A stretch of DNA of 64,000 bases from Chloroflexota bacterium (GCA_963662335.2 CAXXVD010000003.1:128001-192000); one strand, 5' to 3'. Counted from the stretch's first letter, positions 19,509 through 29,647 are shown. Notes: generated by a model from the sequence alone, not told the origin. Program-made: numbers and translations.

Positions 19509-20507
19509 CTATTCCTGCCGCCCCAGTCCCTGCAAGAGCGCCCGCACGTAGCCCACCGAATAGGCGGTGTACTGGCGGCCGTTGTCCGTATCGCCGGTCA
19601 ATTGCATCACGTGGTCGAAGTCGATCGCGCCTTGGTAGTGTACATCATGCAGCGCCTCCACGACTGCCTGCATGTGCATGTCGCCTTCGTCCAGGAAGAC
19701 CTCGCTGTACGCGCCGTCGGCGGGCAACGTGCCGCGCACGTTGCGGAAGTGCACGTGCACGATCTTGCCCTGGCCGCCAAAGCGGCGGATGCCCTGGAAG
19801 ATGTCCTCGCCGGATTCGTAGCGCGTGCCGACGCAGAACGTCATGGTGTTTCTGGGACTGGGAACCTCGTTGAAGAGGCGGTCGAAGTCGGCAAAACGGC
19901 ACATGACTTGCGGATTGCCGTAGAGTTCGTAGAGCGGCGGGTCGTTGCCGTGCATGGCGACGTTGATGTTTGCGCTTTCCGCCACGGGAATGACCTGCCG
20001 ATAGGTAAGCAAGAGATTCTCCCAGAGTTGCTCGGCGGTGACGGTGAAGCGCGGCGCCGGCTGCGCCGCTTCTTCCGCCGCCAGATCGAAGTGGTAGTAG
20101 CGGTAGCCGCCGCGGCCCTCGGGCCACGAGCGCCCGCTGCCGCCGCCGGCGCTCGCGCTCGCGGCCTGAAAGCACTGGACGCCGAACACGGGCACGTCTA
20201 TCTCTCCCAGCAATTCCGCCATGGTACAGAGATTGTCGCGCTGCCGGGCCGCGTCCGGGCCGCCAATGAGGGCGTCGTGGTGGTTGGCATTGATGGCGTT
20301 GGCGCGCTCGATGCGCAGGCCGGCCGCCTCAAAGCGCCGCACCAGGTCGTGCAACGCCGCCCGCGTGAAGCAGCCGGTCTCGTTGTAACCCGCCACCAAT
20401 CCCAGTTCGATGTCTATGCAGTCCACGCCAATCTGCTGCAGGAACCGTAGGTAGTCGTCGCCCCGGTTATCCAGCGTGTTGCGGTTCGCGCGTACACCAA
20501 TGCGCAT
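19509..20507 (-). CDS. Mannonate dehydratase (UxuA)-like protein
   Basis: QLWENL, MHGNDPP, TFCVGT, HVHFRNVRG, EVFLDEGD and DHV motifs. Confidence 0.85.
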   Translation of the reverse strand: MRIGVRANRNTLDNRGDDYLRFLQQIGVDCIDIELGLVAGYNETGCFTRAALHDLVRRFEAAGLRIERANAINANHHDALIGGPDAARQRDNLCTMAELLGEIDVPVFGVQCFQAASASAGGGSGRSWPEGRGGYRYYHFDLAAEEAAQPAPRFTVTAEQLWENLLLTYRQVIPVAESANINVAMHGNDPPLYELYGNPQVMCRFADFDRLFNEVPSPRNTMTFCVGTRYESGEDIFQGIRRFGGQGKIVHVHFRNVRGTLPADGAYSEVFLDEGDMHMQAVVEALHDVHYQGAIDFDHVMQLTGDTDNGRQYTAYSVGYVRALLQGLGRQE

Positions 20508-20644
20508 GGGTCTTCTCCTTTGCCTGCTCAGTTTAGCGCCTGGATCCGCCCGGGTACCTCGTGCCACAGGCGCGCTCTCTCCCGTAGCGCGGGGGCTTGT
20601 CCCCCGCCTCTTGGCTCGTCACCCGTAGCGCAGAGGTTTGTCCC

Positions 20645-20806
20645 CAATGCGGCCGCATTGAGTTCAATTGCGGTGTGAACTCCGCCTCCAATATCCGGTA
20701 GCGCAGGTTTTCAACCTGCTGGTCTGCGGGATCAATCCCTTTTGAGTCCTTATCTCAAACTCTGGCGGGGGACAAGCCCCCGCGCTACCTCAATGCGACA
20801 CTCTTG
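20645..20806 (+). mobile_element. MITE family 1, full-length, in a REP A of opposite orientation
   Basis: CAATGCGGCCGCATTGA...TCAATGCGACACTCTTG; flanks AGGTTTGTCCC and GTGCTTGCCCC are decayed GGGCTTGTCCC. Confidence 0.75.
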
Positions 20807-21006
20807 GTGCTTGCCCCCCGCGTCCTGGCCGGATGCGGCGGGCACCCAGTCCGGCAAGGCGCTCCGTTCGCCTACAATCGCTTAATCTGCGCAACCTCTC
20901 GGGTTTGCGCTCTGCTCGTGCCTCATATGCTACACCGTAGGCGCCGCGCCGACACGTTGGAGCGCCCGCAACTCATACGTTCCTGACACTATCCGCTCTC
21001 AACCGG

Positions 21007-22209
21007 CTACGCTACCGCCGCCTGCGCCGGCTGCCGCTTGATGAGCGCGAGCGCCGCCAGCGCCGCCAAGACGGACACGCCGCCGGAAAGCGCGAACGCG
21101 CCGCCAAGGCCCAGCAGGTCGGCCACCGCGCCGGCCGTCATGGGGCCGACGAACATGCCGATGGCGTACACGGCCTGGAAGACGCCCATGGCGGTGGCGC
21201 GGTCCTCGCCGGAGATTTCGCGTATGCTCAGCCCCATGAGCAGCGGGTAGACGATGCCGCGTCCGATGCCGTTGACGCCCTGCGAGGCGGCCAGCAGCGG
21301 CACGTCGTGGATGAGCGGCACCACGAACGTGGTGGCGGCCATGATCATCATGCCGGCGAAGACGGCCCAATTGTCGCCCAGCCGCTGGGCAAAGCGGTGA
21401 TTCACCAGCGACGCCAGCGTGTACGGCACCAGCGAGACCACGCCGATCAGGCCCAGCGTGAACTTGCTCGCGCCCAGTTCGTCGGCGTAGACCGGCACGA
21501 AGCTGAAGGTGGTTGCCCAGAAGGCGTAGTGGTTGAGCGCCGTCACCGACGCCGCGACCAGCAGCGCCGGATGCGTCATCACCCGCCAAATCTGCCGCAG
21601 CGTGGGCGGCGGGCGCGTGACGCGCTGCTCCTTGATCGGCACGGTGGAGAGCAAACCGATGACGGCCAGTCCCGCCCCGGCGTAGAACGTGGCTACCATG
21701 CCCCACGATTCGGCAATCTGCCCGCCGGCGAGGTTGACGACGATGAGCGAGACGCCGTTGATGGCCGACATGATGCCCATGGCCTTGGGCGCTTCGTCGG
21801 ACGGGAAATAGCTGGCGTAGAGCACCGTAAACGCCACCCACGTGGCGGCGCTGATGCCCAGCACACCGCGAAAGACCGCCAGATACGTGGCCGTGGGCGC
21901 AAGCGCCAGGCCCAGACAGCCGACGATGTTGAAGAAGTGCCCGGCATAGAGAAACGGCAGCCGCCGCCCCCAACGGTCCGATACGATGCCCAGCGGGATC
22001 CTGAGCACCATCTGCACCAGGCCGTACGTGCCTACCACAATCCCAATGAGCGTAAACGTCGCGCCCAACGATTCCGCGTAGACTGAGAGAATCGGCGAGT
22101 AGACGTAGAGCGCGCCCCAGTAGAGGAACGTGCCGACGTAGAAGGCCCAGACGGTCAGCCGGTCAGGCCGGTAGCGCGCGGCGGTCGTCGTCTGCTGGGT
22201 CGTGGCCAC
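21007..22209 (-). CDS. MFS transporter
   Basis: About 12 TM helices, GIVSDRWGRR motif A; start uncertain. Confidence 0.88.
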   Translation of the reverse strand: MATTQQTTTAARYRPDRLTVWAFYVGTFLYWGALYVYSPILSVYAESLGATFTLIGIVVGTYGLVQMVLRIPLGIVSDRWGRRLPFLYAGHFFNIVGCLGLALAPTATYLAVFRGVLGISAATWVAFTVLYASYFPSDEAPKAMGIMSAINGVSLIVVNLAGGQIAESWGMVATFYAGAGLAVIGLLSTVPIKEQRVTRPPPTLRQIWRVMTHPALLVAASVTALNHYAFWATTFSFVPVYADELGASKFTLGLIGVVSLVPYTLASLVNHRFAQRLGDNWAVFAGMMIMAATTFVVPLIHDVPLLAASQGVNGIGRGIVYPLLMGLSIREISGEDRATAMGVFQAVYAIGMFVGPMTAGAVADLLGLGGAFALSGGVSVLAALAALALIKRQPAQAAVA

Positions 22210-22282
22210 AGGATTGTTCGCTTCTGCTACGTTTGCGGAGGTCGCGCCTGGCGCTCCCGGGTAGGGCACGACCTGTCGCGCC

Positions 22283-23092
22283 CTACTGCCGCGCCCGGTT
22301 GATTTCCGCGTGGAGCTTTGCGGCCGCCTCTGCCGCGGCGGCCGCAAAATCGCGTTTGGCGCTGGCGTAGAGGATACTGCGCGAGGCGTTGATGAGCATG
22401 GGCGCGGTCGGGCCGGCGGCCTGGACGGTGGCTGTCAGGTCGCCGCCTTGCGCGCCGATTCCAGGAATGAGCAGCGGGAGACTGGGCGCAACGCTGCGCA
22501 CCCGCGCCAAGTCCTCGGGGTACGTCGCGCCCGTCACCAGGCCGCAATTGTCGTTCACGTTCCATGACTGCACGGCTCTGGCCACCGTGACGTAGAGCCG
22601 CTCGCCGGTTGCAGCGCGCAGGTCCTGGAAGTCGCGCGCGCCGGGATTTGAAGTGCGGCAGAGCACGAAGACGCCCCGGTCCGGGCGGCTGAGGAAGGGT
22701 TCCAGGGCTTCGGCGCCGAGATACGGGTGCGCGGTAACGGCATCGAAACCCAGCACGTCGAATACGGCCGCGGCGTAGTGGACGTTCGTTGAGTCGATGT
22801 CCCCGCGCTTGGCGTCGGCGATGGCGATAACGTCGGGGGGAATGTGCCGCCGCACGGTTTGCAGCGCCTCCGGCCCCCACGTGCCCATGCTTTCGAAGAA
22901 GGCGAGATTTGGCTTGTAGGCGGCGGCATATGCATGGGTGGCATCGATGATCTCCCGGCAGAAGGCAACGACACCGGCTTGATCGCGGGAAAACTCCGCC
23001 GGCAAACGGGGCAAATCCACGTCCAGGCCGATGCACAGCGCGCTGTTCCTCGCGGCGCACACCTGTTCGAGGCGGTGGTTGAAGATCGACAC
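22283..23092 (-). CDS. pyrF: Orotidine-5'-phosphate decarboxylase
   Basis: LCIGLD, YKPNLAFF, DAKRGDIDST, RTSNP, PGIGAQGG and NASRSI motifs. Confidence 0.95.
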   Translation of the reverse strand: MSIFNHRLEQVCAARNSALCIGLDVDLPRLPAEFSRDQAGVVAFCREIIDATHAYAAAYKPNLAFFESMGTWGPEALQTVRRHIPPDVIAIADAKRGDIDSTNVHYAAAVFDVLGFDAVTAHPYLGAEALEPFLSRPDRGVFVLCRTSNPGARDFQDLRAATGERLYVTVARAVQSWNVNDNCGLVTGATYPEDLARVRSVAPSLPLLIPGIGAQGGDLTATVQAAGPTAPMLINASRSILYASAKRDFAAAAAEAAAKLHAEINRARQ

Positions 23093-23110
23093 GACGCGCT
23101 TCTCCCCGGT

Positions 23111-23926
23111 CTAGCGCAAGTTGAGCATCCGGTAGCCGGCGGCTTCGAAGTGGCGCTGTCCCCACCGGCTGATGAGATATTTGGAAAACTGCGAAAGCGT
23201 GATTGGGTACCTGGTTTTCTGCGCGGTGCCGACGTAGTAGATAATCGGGCGGTGGGCCTGCTCGGGAACCGGCGCCAGAATGCGGATGTCCTCTCCCGCC
23301 GCGGCGCCTGACGAGGAATAGAGCAAGGCGGCGTCTACCTTGCCGGCGCTGAGTTTCTCCACCAACTCTTGCTCGTTGCCGGTCTTTGCCAGCCGCGGCC
23401 GCAGAATCTCCCAGAGGCCAAGGTTGTCCAGGGCTTGCTGCGAGTAGATGCCGAGCGCCGACTCTTCCCAGTCCGCGATGCCGATGCGCTCCGCGTCCTC
23501 GTGGAAGAGGTCGCGCGCCGCCCGGATCTTGAGCGAACTGGCCGCCGGCGCAGCGATGACGAGCCAGTTAGAGGCAATCGGCCGCATGGTGCCGAGCTTT
23601 ATCTGCCCGGCTTCCACGAGCGGCACGCCGAACGTGTCGCCGCCAAGCATTACGGCATCGAAGCGCTTCCCGCGCAGGATGGATTTCGCGATGGCGCCGG
23701 AAGACTGCGGCGAAAAAGCAAGCAACACGTGGGGGTTGGCCTGCTCGAAGTCCGCCTTGAGCATGGGAAACGTGGGCGCGAGGCTCGCGTCGGCCAGCAC
23801 GGTCACGCGCTCCCGGTCGTCCGGCGCGAGCAGCGAGCGGACATTGTCGAGGGGCGCGCAGCCGGCGGCCAGGGCGGCCAGGCCAACCGGCGCCGCCGCG
23901 CGGAGAAATGTACGCCGGCCGTTCAT
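23111..23926 (-). CDS. modA: Molybdate ABC transporter substrate-binding lipoprotein (Tat signal)
   Basis: RRTFL Tat motif, LAAG-C lipobox, ASL, SSGAIA, ASNWLV, GIYSQQAL and PIIY. Confidence 0.75.
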   Translation of the reverse strand: MNGRRTFLRAAAPVGLAALAAGCAPLDNVRSLLAPDDRERVTVLADASLAPTFPMLKADFEQANPHVLLAFSPQSSGAIAKSILRGKRFDAVMLGGDTFGVPLVEAGQIKLGTMRPIASNWLVIAAPAASSLKIRAARDLFHEDAERIGIADWEESALGIYSQQALDNLGLWEILRPRLAKTGNEQELVEKLSAGKVDAALLYSSSGAAAGEDIRILAPVPEQAHRPIIYYVGTAQKTRYPITLSQFSKYLISRWGQRHFEAAGYRMLNLR

Positions 23927-24247
23927 AGCGTTCTTGCCGCCCCTTAAATGAAAAGCGCTCCCGTAGCGATTGTTCCACAGGAGGCTGCGCTCGTGCGTAT
24001 TCGTGCCCAACTTCCGGCAAACCAGCGCCAGCTTTCGCTCATGGTAGCATCGTCTTTGGCGCGCGGGCAAGCGGCCGGCGCGCGCGACCTACCTCCCAAT
24101 GGGGCTGCGAGTATATAATTCCCATAGCTGAATCGCATTGGTTGCCGCGGCGGCCGCATTTCGAGCCTGGCGGCGCCGCATGATGCGCCCAAGAGCGCAA
24201 GCGCCCGTTGGCGGAAATGACGGCGCTTCCCAACTAAGGAGTGGACT

Positions 24248-25330
24248 ATGAGCTACGGACTGGACTTCGCTGCCGACGCCGGACGTGACTTCATCTCGCT
24301 GGGGGCGCTGGTGCACCGGCTCGATCCGGGGATCATCCCCTTTCGCAAGGCCAACACGTGCGCAATCCACGTGAGCGGCGGCGAGTTCAATACGGCGGCC
24401 AACCTGGCCAATTGCTTCGGCCTGGACACCGGCGTCGTCAGCGCAATGGTCGATTATCCCATCGGCCACCTGATCGCCGAGCGGGTGCGGGCGATGGGCG
24501 TCACGCCGTTCTACAAGCATTTTGCCCACAACGGCGTGAACGGCCCGAACATGGCGACAGTCTACAGCGATCGCGGCCAGGGCGTGCGCGCGCCGGTGGT
24601 CTTCTACAACCGCTGCAACGAGGCGGCGGCGCAACTCAAACCCGGCGACTTTGACTGGGACGCGATCTTCGCCGGCGGTGTGCGCTGGTTCCACAGCGGC
24701 GGCATCTTCGCGGCGCTTTCGCAAACCACGTCGGAAGTCATCATCGAGGGGATGCAGGCGGCCAAGGCGGCCGGCGCGAGCGTCTCGTACGACTTGAATT
24801 TCCGCGCCAAGCTCTGGGAAATCTGGGGTGGGGAAGACCGCGCCAGCGAAGTCAACCGGCGCATCGTGGAGAACGTGGACGTGCTGGTGGGCAACGAGGA
24901 AGACCTGCAGACGGGCCTCGGCATCCCCGGCCCGGAGGTGGCGGCGGCCTCCAAGCTGGATCCCAGCGCCTTCACCGCCATGATCGACCAGGTGGTGGGA
25001 CAGTTCCCGCAGGTGAAGATCGTCGCCACCACGCTGCGCGAGGTGCACTCGACGAACCGGCATAGCTGGAGCGCGGTGGCCTGGATCAACGGCGAAACCC
25101 ATCTGGCGCCCACCGCCGAACTGGACGTCTACGACCGCGTCGGCGGCGGCGACGGCTTCGCCTCGGGACTCATCTACGGGATACTGAGCGGAGAGACGCC
25201 CGCCGACGCCGTGAAATTGGGCTGGGCGCACGGCGCGTTGATTACCACGTTCCCCGGCGATACGACGATGGCAACGGTGGAGGACGTGCGCGCGTTTGCG
25301 GCCGGCGGTTCGGCGCGCATCCGGCGCTAG
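24248..25330 (+). CDS. PfkB sugar kinase, 2-dehydro-3-deoxygluconokinase-like
   Basis: SGGEFN, SYDLNFRAKLW, NEED and DRVGGGDGFASG motifs. Confidence 0.9.
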   Translation: MSYGLDFAADAGRDFISLGALVHRLDPGIIPFRKANTCAIHVSGGEFNTAANLANCFGLDTGVVSAMVDYPIGHLIAERVRAMGVTPFYKHFAHNGVNGPNMATVYSDRGQGVRAPVVFYNRCNEAAAQLKPGDFDWDAIFAGGVRWFHSGGIFAALSQTTSEVIIEGMQAAKAAGASVSYDLNFRAKLWEIWGGEDRASEVNRRIVENVDVLVGNEEDLQTGLGIPGPEVAAASKLDPSAFTAMIDQVVGQFPQVKIVATTLREVHSTNRHSWSAVAWINGETHLAPTAELDVYDRVGGGDGFASGLIYGILSGETPADAVKLGWAHGALITTFPGDTTMATVEDVRAFAAGGSARIRR

Positions 25331-25528
25331 GCTCGATTGCTGCGCTCGCCGGCGCGCCGGTCGGGCACGGTTCCCGTGGTAGGAGACGGCTCCCGTGGTA
25401 GGGGCACGGCATGCCGTGCCCCTACCACGGGAGCATTCCTGCCGCCGTCCGGGGTCTTTGTGTTTTCTTACCTTTGTGCGGCTTCGGCAGGGCTATGGTC
25501 ATACCATGAAAACAGCGCGTCAGCCTCC

Positions 25529-25598
25529 GTCATTCCCGCGAACGCGGGAATCCATCTTCGCCGCGCACGCAGTGGATTCCCGCGTTTGCGGGAATGAT
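25529..25598. repeat. ATTCCC-N8-GGGAAT paired palindrome (family D, dRS3-like)
   Basis: GTCATTCCCGCGAACGCGGGAATCC...GGATTCCCGCGTTTGCGGGAATGA; related single unit at 43270-43295. Confidence 0.8.
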
Positions 25599-25652
25599 GG
25601 ACTATGTCTTTACCTGCCGTGGTGTCGGTAGCGTGACCCGCAGACCCTAGCC

Positions 25653-27167
25653 ATGTCTCCTGAATACGCCATTGGCATCGACGTCGGCAGCACCGCGACC
25701 AAAGTAGTCCTTTGCGATGGCGAGGGGACGATCTCGGCGCGGGGCAGCGCGCCCACGCGCATCGAACGCCCGCGGCCGGGCTGGGCGGAGATTGACTTTG
25801 TCCGCTGCTGGGAAGGCGTGGCGGCCGCTTGCCGCGCGGCGCTTGCGTCCCTGCCTGGCGATGCCGAGCGCCGGCGCATCATTGGGATCGGTCTCACCTC
25901 GCTCGCGCCGTCGGTGGCGCCGCTGGCGGCGGACGGCGCGCCGCTGTGCAATGGCATCATCTATGAAGACCGGCGCAGCGCGCGGCACGTGGAGCGCATT
26001 CTCGCCCGCGCAAGCCAGTCGCGTATCGCCGCGCGCACCGGCATGAGGCTGGAGAGCGGCAGCACGACGCTCAGCAGCATGGCGTGGCTGGCGGCGGAGC
26101 GGCCCGAACTGGTGGCGGCGTGCGCCTATCTTGGCTCTCTGACCACCTATCTTGCCCATCGCCTCACCGGCAGCTTTGGCATCGATTGGGCGCACGCCCA
26201 GCTTACCGGCCTCTTCGCGCTGGACGAGCCGCCGCGCTGGTTGGACGACTGGTGCCGGCAGGTTGGCGTGCCGCCGGCGAAACTGCCGCCGCACGCGCCG
26301 TGCGAGGCGAAGATCGGCGAGGTTACGCCGGCGGCCGGGGCGCAACTGGGCATTGCGGCGGGCACACCGGTGGCCATGGGCGGCGCGGACGCGCAAGCGG
26401 CGGCGGTGGGCGCGGGCCTGGCGACGCCGCAAGCCGGGTTGCTCTCGCTCGGCACGACGAATGTGCTGACGGTCTGCACGGAGCGCCGCGCAACTGATCC
26501 GCGTTTCTACACGCGCCGCCACGTCGTGCCGCAACGCTACCTGCACGTGGCGCCCACCTTGAGCGGCGGCGCGACCCTGCGCTGGGCGGCGGCGCTCTTG
26601 GGCGTGGAATCCGTGGGTGAACTGGCGGCCCTGGCCGGGGCGAGCAAGCCCGGGGCCGGCGGCGTGGTCTTCCTGCCCTACCTGACGGGCGAGCGCGCGC
26701 CGTTGTGGGACCGGGCGGTGCGGGGCGTCTTCGCCGGTTTGCGCCTGGAGACGAGCCGCGCGGGCCTGGCGCGAGCGGTGGTGGAAGGCAGCGCGTTCGC
26801 GCTGCGCAACGTGCTGGAGCAGATGGAGGGGCGCCTTGGCGCGCCGGTTGCTCCGCTGGCGGTCACCGGCGGCGCGGCCTTTCCGCCGGTCGTGCAGACC
26901 CTCGCCAACGTGCTGCAGCGCCCCTTAGCTGTCATTGAGGGCGGCGACTGTGCGGCGCAGGGCGCGGCGCTGCTGGCGCTCGTTGCCGCCGGCCGGGTGG
27001 ATTCGGCCTGGCTTGCCGCGTGGCGGCCGGCAATTCATGAGACCTACACGCCGGATACGGCTGCCGCCGCTATGTACGACCGGCAATACGCGACATTCCT
27101 GGCCCTGTACCCGGCCGTGAAAGACGCGCTGCCGCATGACGGCTCCCTAGCGGAGGCAGAAACGTAG
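25653..27167 (+). CDS. FGGY family carbohydrate kinase (xylulokinase-like)
   Basis: IGIDVGSTATK, GGADAQAAA, SLGT, LPYLTGERAP and TGGAA motifs. Confidence 0.9.
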   Translation: MSPEYAIGIDVGSTATKVVLCDGEGTISARGSAPTRIERPRPGWAEIDFVRCWEGVAAACRAALASLPGDAERRRIIGIGLTSLAPSVAPLAADGAPLCNGIIYEDRRSARHVERILARASQSRIAARTGMRLESGSTTLSSMAWLAAERPELVAACAYLGSLTTYLAHRLTGSFGIDWAHAQLTGLFALDEPPRWLDDWCRQVGVPPAKLPPHAPCEAKIGEVTPAAGAQLGIAAGTPVAMGGADAQAAAVGAGLATPQAGLLSLGTTNVLTVCTERRATDPRFYTRRHVVPQRYLHVAPTLSGGATLRWAAALLGVESVGELAALAGASKPGAGGVVFLPYLTGERAPLWDRAVRGVFAGLRLETSRAGLARAVVEGSAFALRNVLEQMEGRLGAPVAPLAVTGGAAFPPVVQTLANVLQRPLAVIEGGDCAAQGAALLALVAAGRVDSAWLAAWRPAIHETYTPDTAAAAMYDRQYATFLALYPAVKDALPHDGSLAEAET

Positions 27168-27223
27168 CCTACGCTTCAGCCACGGCGGCGTGAGCCCAGT
27201 GAAAGACGCGCGGTGCGATGCCG

Positions 27224-27772
27224 CTAGAAGATCTCGTCGGAAGCGATGATGAATCCCGTTAACGTGGGCGAGGCAAGGGATTGGCCTTCACCGCACACGC
27301 CTATCTCCGCAAAGCCTTGCGTGTCACGCACAAGCACCGTGACCGTCTTGGCTTCAGTGTCCACAATCCAGTATTCTCGCACGCCGTGCCTTGCGTAGAG
27401 GGCACGCTTGAACGTGAAGTCGCGCTCGGCGGTGGAAGGCGAGAGGATTTCGATGACGAGGTCCGGCGCGCCTTGGACGTTCTCCTCCGTAATGATGTGT
27501 TCGCGCTCATTGGAGATGAAGAGCAAGTCGGGCTGCACCACGTCAGTGTTCGACAGCACCACGTCGAAGGGAGCGGCGTAGACGCGGCCTGCGCCGAAGC
27601 GATCTGCAGCCTGCAGGAGCAGCATATTGAGTCTGCCCGAAATCCTTTGATGGGCCTCTCTCGGCGCAGGAGTCATGACCAAGTCTCCATCCAATAGCTC
27701 ATAGCGCCTGTCTTCCGGCGCGTTGCGATAGTCCTCGTACGTAAACTTGATTGCCGGTGTCGGTGTAGCCAT
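27224..27772 (-). CDS. Uma2 family endonuclease (copy 4)
   Basis: RYELLDG, HQ, VQPD, PDLVIEILSPST, K..LYA..GV.EYW. Confidence 0.92.
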   Translation of the reverse strand: MATPTPAIKFTYEDYRNAPEDRRYELLDGDLVMTPAPREAHQRISGRLNMLLLQAADRFGAGRVYAAPFDVVLSNTDVVQPDLLFISNEREHIITEENVQGAPDLVIEILSPSTAERDFTFKRALYARHGVREYWIVDTEAKTVTVLVRDTQGFAEIGVCGEGQSLASPTLTGFIIASDEIF

Positions 27773-27840
27773 GGTTGTCGTCCTCTCTCGGTGCAAGCCG
27801 CATACTGCGAGCGGGTCGCGTCGTATAGCAGCCGTGGCGT

Positions 27841-28398
27841 TTACGCGCCCTCGAATATCTCGCCCGGATCGATGATAAATCCCGCGAGAGTTGGCGATTC
27901 CAGGGTTTGGCCTTCCCCACACGCGCCAACCTCCGCAAAGCCGGCGGTATCCCACACAAGCACCGTGACCGTCTTGGCGTCGGTATCTACCAGCCAATAC
28001 TCTTGCACACCGTGCCGGGCGTAGAGGGCGCGCTTGAAGGTCAGGTCCCGGTCGGCGGTGGACGGGGAGAGGATTTCCACCACCAGGTCCGGCGCGCCTT
28101 GGACGTTTTCTTCAGTGATGATGTGCGCCCGCTCATTGGAAATAAACGACAGGTCAGGCTGGACGACGTCGGTATCCGAGAACACCACGTCGAACGGCGC
28201 GGCATAGACGCGGCCTATCCCCCTGCGCTTAATGAACTGCCCAAGTAGAATGGCGAGATTCATGGAAGCCCTTTGATGGTGCTCCCGGGGCGCTGGCGTC
28301 ATGACTAAGTTTCCATCCAATAGCTCATAGCGCTTGTCTTCCGGCGCGTTGCGGTAGTCCGCGTACGTCAGCTTGATTGCCGGTGTTGGGGTAGCCAT
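27841..28398 (-). CDS. Uma2 family endonuclease (copy 3)
   Basis: Same Uma2 motifs as copy 4. Confidence 0.92.
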   Translation of the reverse strand: MATPTPAIKLTYADYRNAPEDKRYELLDGNLVMTPAPREHHQRASMNLAILLGQFIKRRGIGRVYAAPFDVVFSDTDVVQPDLSFISNERAHIITEENVQGAPDLVVEILSPSTADRDLTFKRALYARHGVQEYWLVDTDAKTVTVLVWDTAGFAEVGACGEGQTLESPTLAGFIIDPGEIFEGA

Positions 28399-28471
28399 GG
28401 TTGTCATCCTCTCTCGCGGCGCGGGCCGCATTCTGCGAGCGGGCCGCCTCAGTTGTAGCAGCGCTCACGCG

Positions 28472-29020
28472 CTAGAAGATCTCGCTTGGATCAATCGTAA
28501 ATCCACTGAGGGTCGGTGAATCAAGGGTCTGGTTTTCATCGCAGACGCCCAATTCCGTAAAACTGCCGGCGTCGCGCACAAGCACCGTCACCGTCTTGGC
28601 GTCGGTATCTACCAGCCAATACTCTTGCACGCCGTGCCGGACGTAGAGGTCGCGTTTGATGGTGATATCACGGTCGGCAGTGGACGGGGAGAGGATCTCC
28701 ACCACCAGGTCGGGCGCGCCTTGGATGTTGTCCTCGGTGACTACGTGCGCCCGCTCGTTGGAGATGAAGAACAAGTCGGGCTGCACGACGTCCGTATCCG
28801 AGAGCACCACGTCGCAGGGAGAAAGAAATACTTCTCCCAGCGAGCGCTCTTCCACAAACTGGTCCAGCCGGTTACCCAATTTTTTTAGCATTCTCTGGTG
28901 ACCCACACGCGGCGCTGGGGTCATGACCAAGACTCCCCCCAATAGTTCATAGCGTTCCCCGTCCGGCGTGTTGCAATAATCCTCGTAGGTGAGCTTGACA
29001 GCAGGTATAGAACGAGCCAT
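28472..29020 (-). CDS. Uma2 family endonuclease (copy 2)
   Basis: Same Uma2 motifs as copy 4. Confidence 0.92.
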   Translation of the reverse strand: MARSIPAVKLTYEDYCNTPDGERYELLGGVLVMTPAPRVGHQRMLKKLGNRLDQFVEERSLGEVFLSPCDVVLSDTDVVQPDLFFISNERAHVVTEDNIQGAPDLVVEILSPSTADRDITIKRDLYVRHGVQEYWLVDTDAKTVTVLVRDAGSFTELGVCDENQTLDSPTLSGFTIDPSEIF

Positions 29021-29092
29021 GAGTACTATCCTCCCTTGCGCCACCGGCCCGGTTCTGCGCATGCGCCGCCTCAATCCCGTAGCGGCCGCGCG

Positions 29093-29647
29093 CTAGAAGA
29101 TCTCGTCCGGGTCTATCGTAAATCCCTCAAGTGTCGGTGAGACCAGTGATTGGCCCTCACCGCACACGCCTACCTCCGTAAAGCCTTGGGAACCCCGCAC
29201 AAGCACCGTGACCGTCTTGGCGTCGGTATCTACCAGCCAATACTCTTGCACACCGTGCTTGGCATAGAGGTCGCGCTTGATGATGAGATCCCGGTCCGCC
29301 GTTGAGGGGGAAAGAATCTCCACCACCAGGTCCGGCGCGCCTTGGACGTTCTCTTCGGTAATAATATGCGCCCGCTCATTGGAGATGAAGAGCAGGTCGG
29401 GCTGCACCACGTCGGTGTCCGAGAGCACCACGTCGAAGGGCGCAACGTAGACCCGGCCGGAGTTGGTATCCTTTACCGCCTGAAACAGAAGGTAGGAAAG
29501 ATTCATCAAGACCCTCTGGTGGAGCTCTCTAGGCGCAGGCGTCATAACCAACTCTCCATCCAGCAACTCATAGCGCTCGTCGTCGGGCGTGTTGCAGTAG
29601 TCCGCGTACGTGAGCTTGACAGTGGGCGCTGAGCGAGCCATGACCAT
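29093..29647 (-). CDS. Uma2 family endonuclease (copy 1)
   Basis: Same Uma2 motifs as copy 4; directly downstream of recX. Confidence 0.92.
   Translation of the reverse strand: MVMARSAPTVKLTYADYCNTPDDERYELLDGELVMTPAPRELHQRVLMNLSYLLFQAVKDTNSGRVYVAPFDVVLSDTDVVQPDLLFISNERAHIITEENVQGAPDLVVEILSPSTADRDLIIKRDLYAKHGVQEYWLVDTDAKTVTVLVRGSQGFTEVGVCGEGQSLVSPTLEGFTIDPDEIF

Noticed and set aside
27224-29647. Diversity-generating retroelement or integron behind the Uma2 array
   Set aside because: No reverse transcriptase, adenine-specific TR/VR pair, attC-like sites or integrase is visible
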